From Massalongia carnosa (Eukaryota): 64,000 nucleotides of DNA. The notes beneath the pieces were generated by a model that saw only the letters and a program-made list of their open reading frames with translations, did no database searches and was not told where the DNA came from. The translations under genes were made by a program, and so were the position numbers. Shown here piece after piece: positions 62,044 to 64,000 of the stretch (positions are counted from its first letter, which is position 1; every line of letters starts with the position of its first letter). The DNA lies in assembly GCA_965645245.1 (NCBI GenBank), contig OZ287077.1, forward strand, positions 1,178,001 through 1,242,000. The letters are read 5' to 3'.

Positions 62044-64000
62044 TGGCAGGACAGCATTCGTTGGCAAATATAGAAAATACTCACAATGTCAAATTTATTC
62101 AACACAACTGTGGAAGGTCAACGAATGCAATGATTTCGTGTTTGGAATATGCTTTATCAAATCAAATTGATATTGTTTTGTTTCAGGAACCATGGACACG
62201 AGATCAAAAAACAATATCACATCCGTCATTTACATGCATTATGCCGAAAATAGCAACTTATCGCTCGAGAGTAGCTATATTTGTCACAAAATGCAATCCC
62301 AAACTGCAATGCACGCCTAGAACGGATCTTATTGACGATTCCGATATGCAAATTATTGAAATTACAATTGATGAAGTTCGAAAAGTGCAGATTTTCAATA
62401 TTTATAACGAAAAAAGTCAAAATGATCGAGAAACATACACGATCGATCGACTTTTAATCAAATATCAACCTACATCAACTAATCAATTTATCATATGTGG
62501 AGATTTCAATGCACATCATAACTGGTGGAATTCGAAAATTCAACATGCAATTCGATCAGAAAATTTAGTCAAATGGTTGAAAATAAACAAATGTAGTTTG
62601 ATAAACACACCTGATTTATGCACATTCTACGCCCATTCTGGAAGTTCATCATCTGTTATTGATTTAACATTTGCAAATTCCAAAATCGAAAATGCAATTA
62701 CAAACTGGGCAATCGATGAAAACGCAGTCACAGGTTCAGATCATGAAGTCATCCGATTTGAACTAATCGCATCTTTCAAGAATTTGACGTCACATGCAAC
62801 CGCATTATCGAATAAATACAATTGTAATAAAGCCGATTGGAATAAATTCGCGAAGTTTCTAGACGAAAATTCAATCAACTACGAATCAAAAGTTCAAAGT
62901 TTATTGAATAATCATCAATTCGACGAATCAGCGATACATTTGCAAAAAATTATCAAAAACGCGGCTGAAATGTTTATTCCGAAAACAAAAATATGTGCAA
63001 AATCGAAAAATTGGTGGTCGCAAGATTTAACCGAACTTCGAAAAATCATGTGCAGGCATCGTCGAGAATGGAAGAATTATCCGTCCGATTTTAGTCATCG
63101 GACGTTTAAACATAGTCGAATTGAGTATTTTCATGCAATTCGAAAAGCAAAACAACAAACCTGGTTGACTTTTCTAGAAAATGCAGCGAATAAAGACGTG
63201 TTTACCGCGTATAAATATACTAAACCGCGCATATTCGAAAAAATACCGCCGATTCTACATGAAAATAAGCTTAATGTTCAGTTTGATGACAAATGCGATG
63301 CGTTTGTGTCAGCAATGTACACAAAAAACCCATTTATAGACGATAATGTCGAAGATTTACCAAATCAAGACAGCGAAAATGATGATAATTGGCCAGATTT
63401 GACCGAAAACGAGCTGCAAAATGCGATTAATTTATTTAATCCGAAGAAAGCATGTGGACCTGATGCAATCAATTTTACAATTGTTCAAAAATCGTTTAAA
63501 TCGTTGAAAAACGTGTTTTTCATGATTTATTCGAAATTCATTCGAATCGGTTATCACCCGTTATGCTGGCGGACAGGACTCGGTGCAGTTCTGAAAAAAC
63601 CTAATAAATCAGACTATTCGCTACCAAAATCATATCGAATTATCACATTACTAAATTGTCTTGGTAAAATTGCTGAGAAAATCGTTGCAAATCGACTAGC
63701 CTACTTCGGCGAAAATTCGAATTTACTAGATATCGAAAAGATGGGCGGACGCAAAAATCATTCTGCAATTGACGCAGTAATGAACGTCGTTCATGATATC
63801 GAAATTGCGAATCGAAATAAAAGCGTTTTATCCTGTTTATTACTCGATGTCAAAGGCGCATTTGACTTTGTCTCGATTAATCAACTGCTAAATGTCATGA
63901 AAAAGCTGAAATTATCTCGCATAATAATTCAATGGGTCAAGCATTTCATGACAAAACGATCGATCAATTTGATATTCGATGAAAACAAAAGCAAAACATA
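62043..64000 (+). CDS. LINE ORF2 (AP endonuclease plus reverse transcriptase), runs off the window
   Basis: IQHNC, LFQEPW, CGDFNAHH, IDLTF, GSDH (APE); KACGPD, SYRIITLLNCLGKIAEK, LLDVKGAFD (RT) in the same frame as the ATG at 62043. Confidence 0.92.
   Translation, partial: MAGQHSLANIENTHNVKFIQHNCGRSTNAMISCLEYALSNQIDIVLFQEPWTRDQKTISHPSFTCIMPKIATYRSRVAIFVTKCNPKLQCTPRTDLIDDSDMQIIEITIDEVRKVQIFNIYNEKSQNDRETYTIDRLLIKYQPTSTNQFIICGDFNAHHNWWNSKIQHAIRSENLVKWLKINKCSLINTPDLCTFYAHSGSSSSVIDLTFANSKIENAITNWAIDENAVTGSDHEVIRFELIASFKNLTSHATALSNKYNCNKADWNKFAKFLDENSINYESKVQSLLNNHQFDESAIHLQKIIKNAAEMFIPKTKICAKSKNWWSQDLTELRKIMCRHRREWKNYPSDFSHRTFKHSRIEYFHAIRKAKQQTWLTFLENAANKDVFTAYKYTKPRIFEKIPPILHENKLNVQFDDKCDAFVSAMYTKNPFIDDNVEDLPNQDSENDDNWPDLTENELQNAINLFNPKKACGPDAINFTIVQKSFKSLKNVFFMIYSKFIRIGYHPLCWRTGLGAVLKKPNKSDYSLPKSYRIITLLNCLGKIAEKIVANRLAYFGENSNLLDIEKMGGRKNHSAIDAVMNVVHDIEIANRNKSVLSCLLLDVKGAFDFVSINQLLNVMKKLKLSRIIIQWVKHFMTKRSINLIFDENKSKT

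Overview
Gene-dense, intron-containing DNA from a filamentous ascomycete (Pezizomycotina; a lichen-forming Lecanoromycete is a guess from overall style only). From 0.7 to 55.4 kb there are 18 conserved housekeeping genes: lunapark, GRIP golgin Imh1, FGGY kinase, Rpt6, Vnx1-type Ca2+/H+ exchanger, Cox16, Nmd5, Ski2, Csm3/Swi3, complex I NUXM, Tad2, Mec1/ATR, Erg25, Nca2, Sec4/Rab8, a hypothetical protein, an RNPS1-like SR protein and Afg2/Drg1. Three Tc1/mariner elements sit in divergent promoters. Two of them form a nested pair, in which an intact DD38E element lies inside the TIR of another element and lacks TA flanks. From 55.8 kb to the end is an AT-rich transposon island: a hAT MITE, a decayed hAT, a decayed LINE 3' fragment and an apparently intact Tad1-like LINE with TAATG-coupled ORFs. 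The most interesting unexplained signals are non-coding. They are a candidate spliced, structured, Sm-site-bearing small RNA gene with its own TATA box (minus strand, about 17.32-17.70 kb), a three-way junction resembling telomerase RNA CR4/5 just after the NMD5 stop, a candidate H/ACA snoRNA (about 6.36-6.55 kb), and chained TA-CnnnG-TA motifs that look like transposon excision scars. All RNA calls come from base-pairing by eye and need computational and experimental confirmation. Exon boundaries were inferred by hand.
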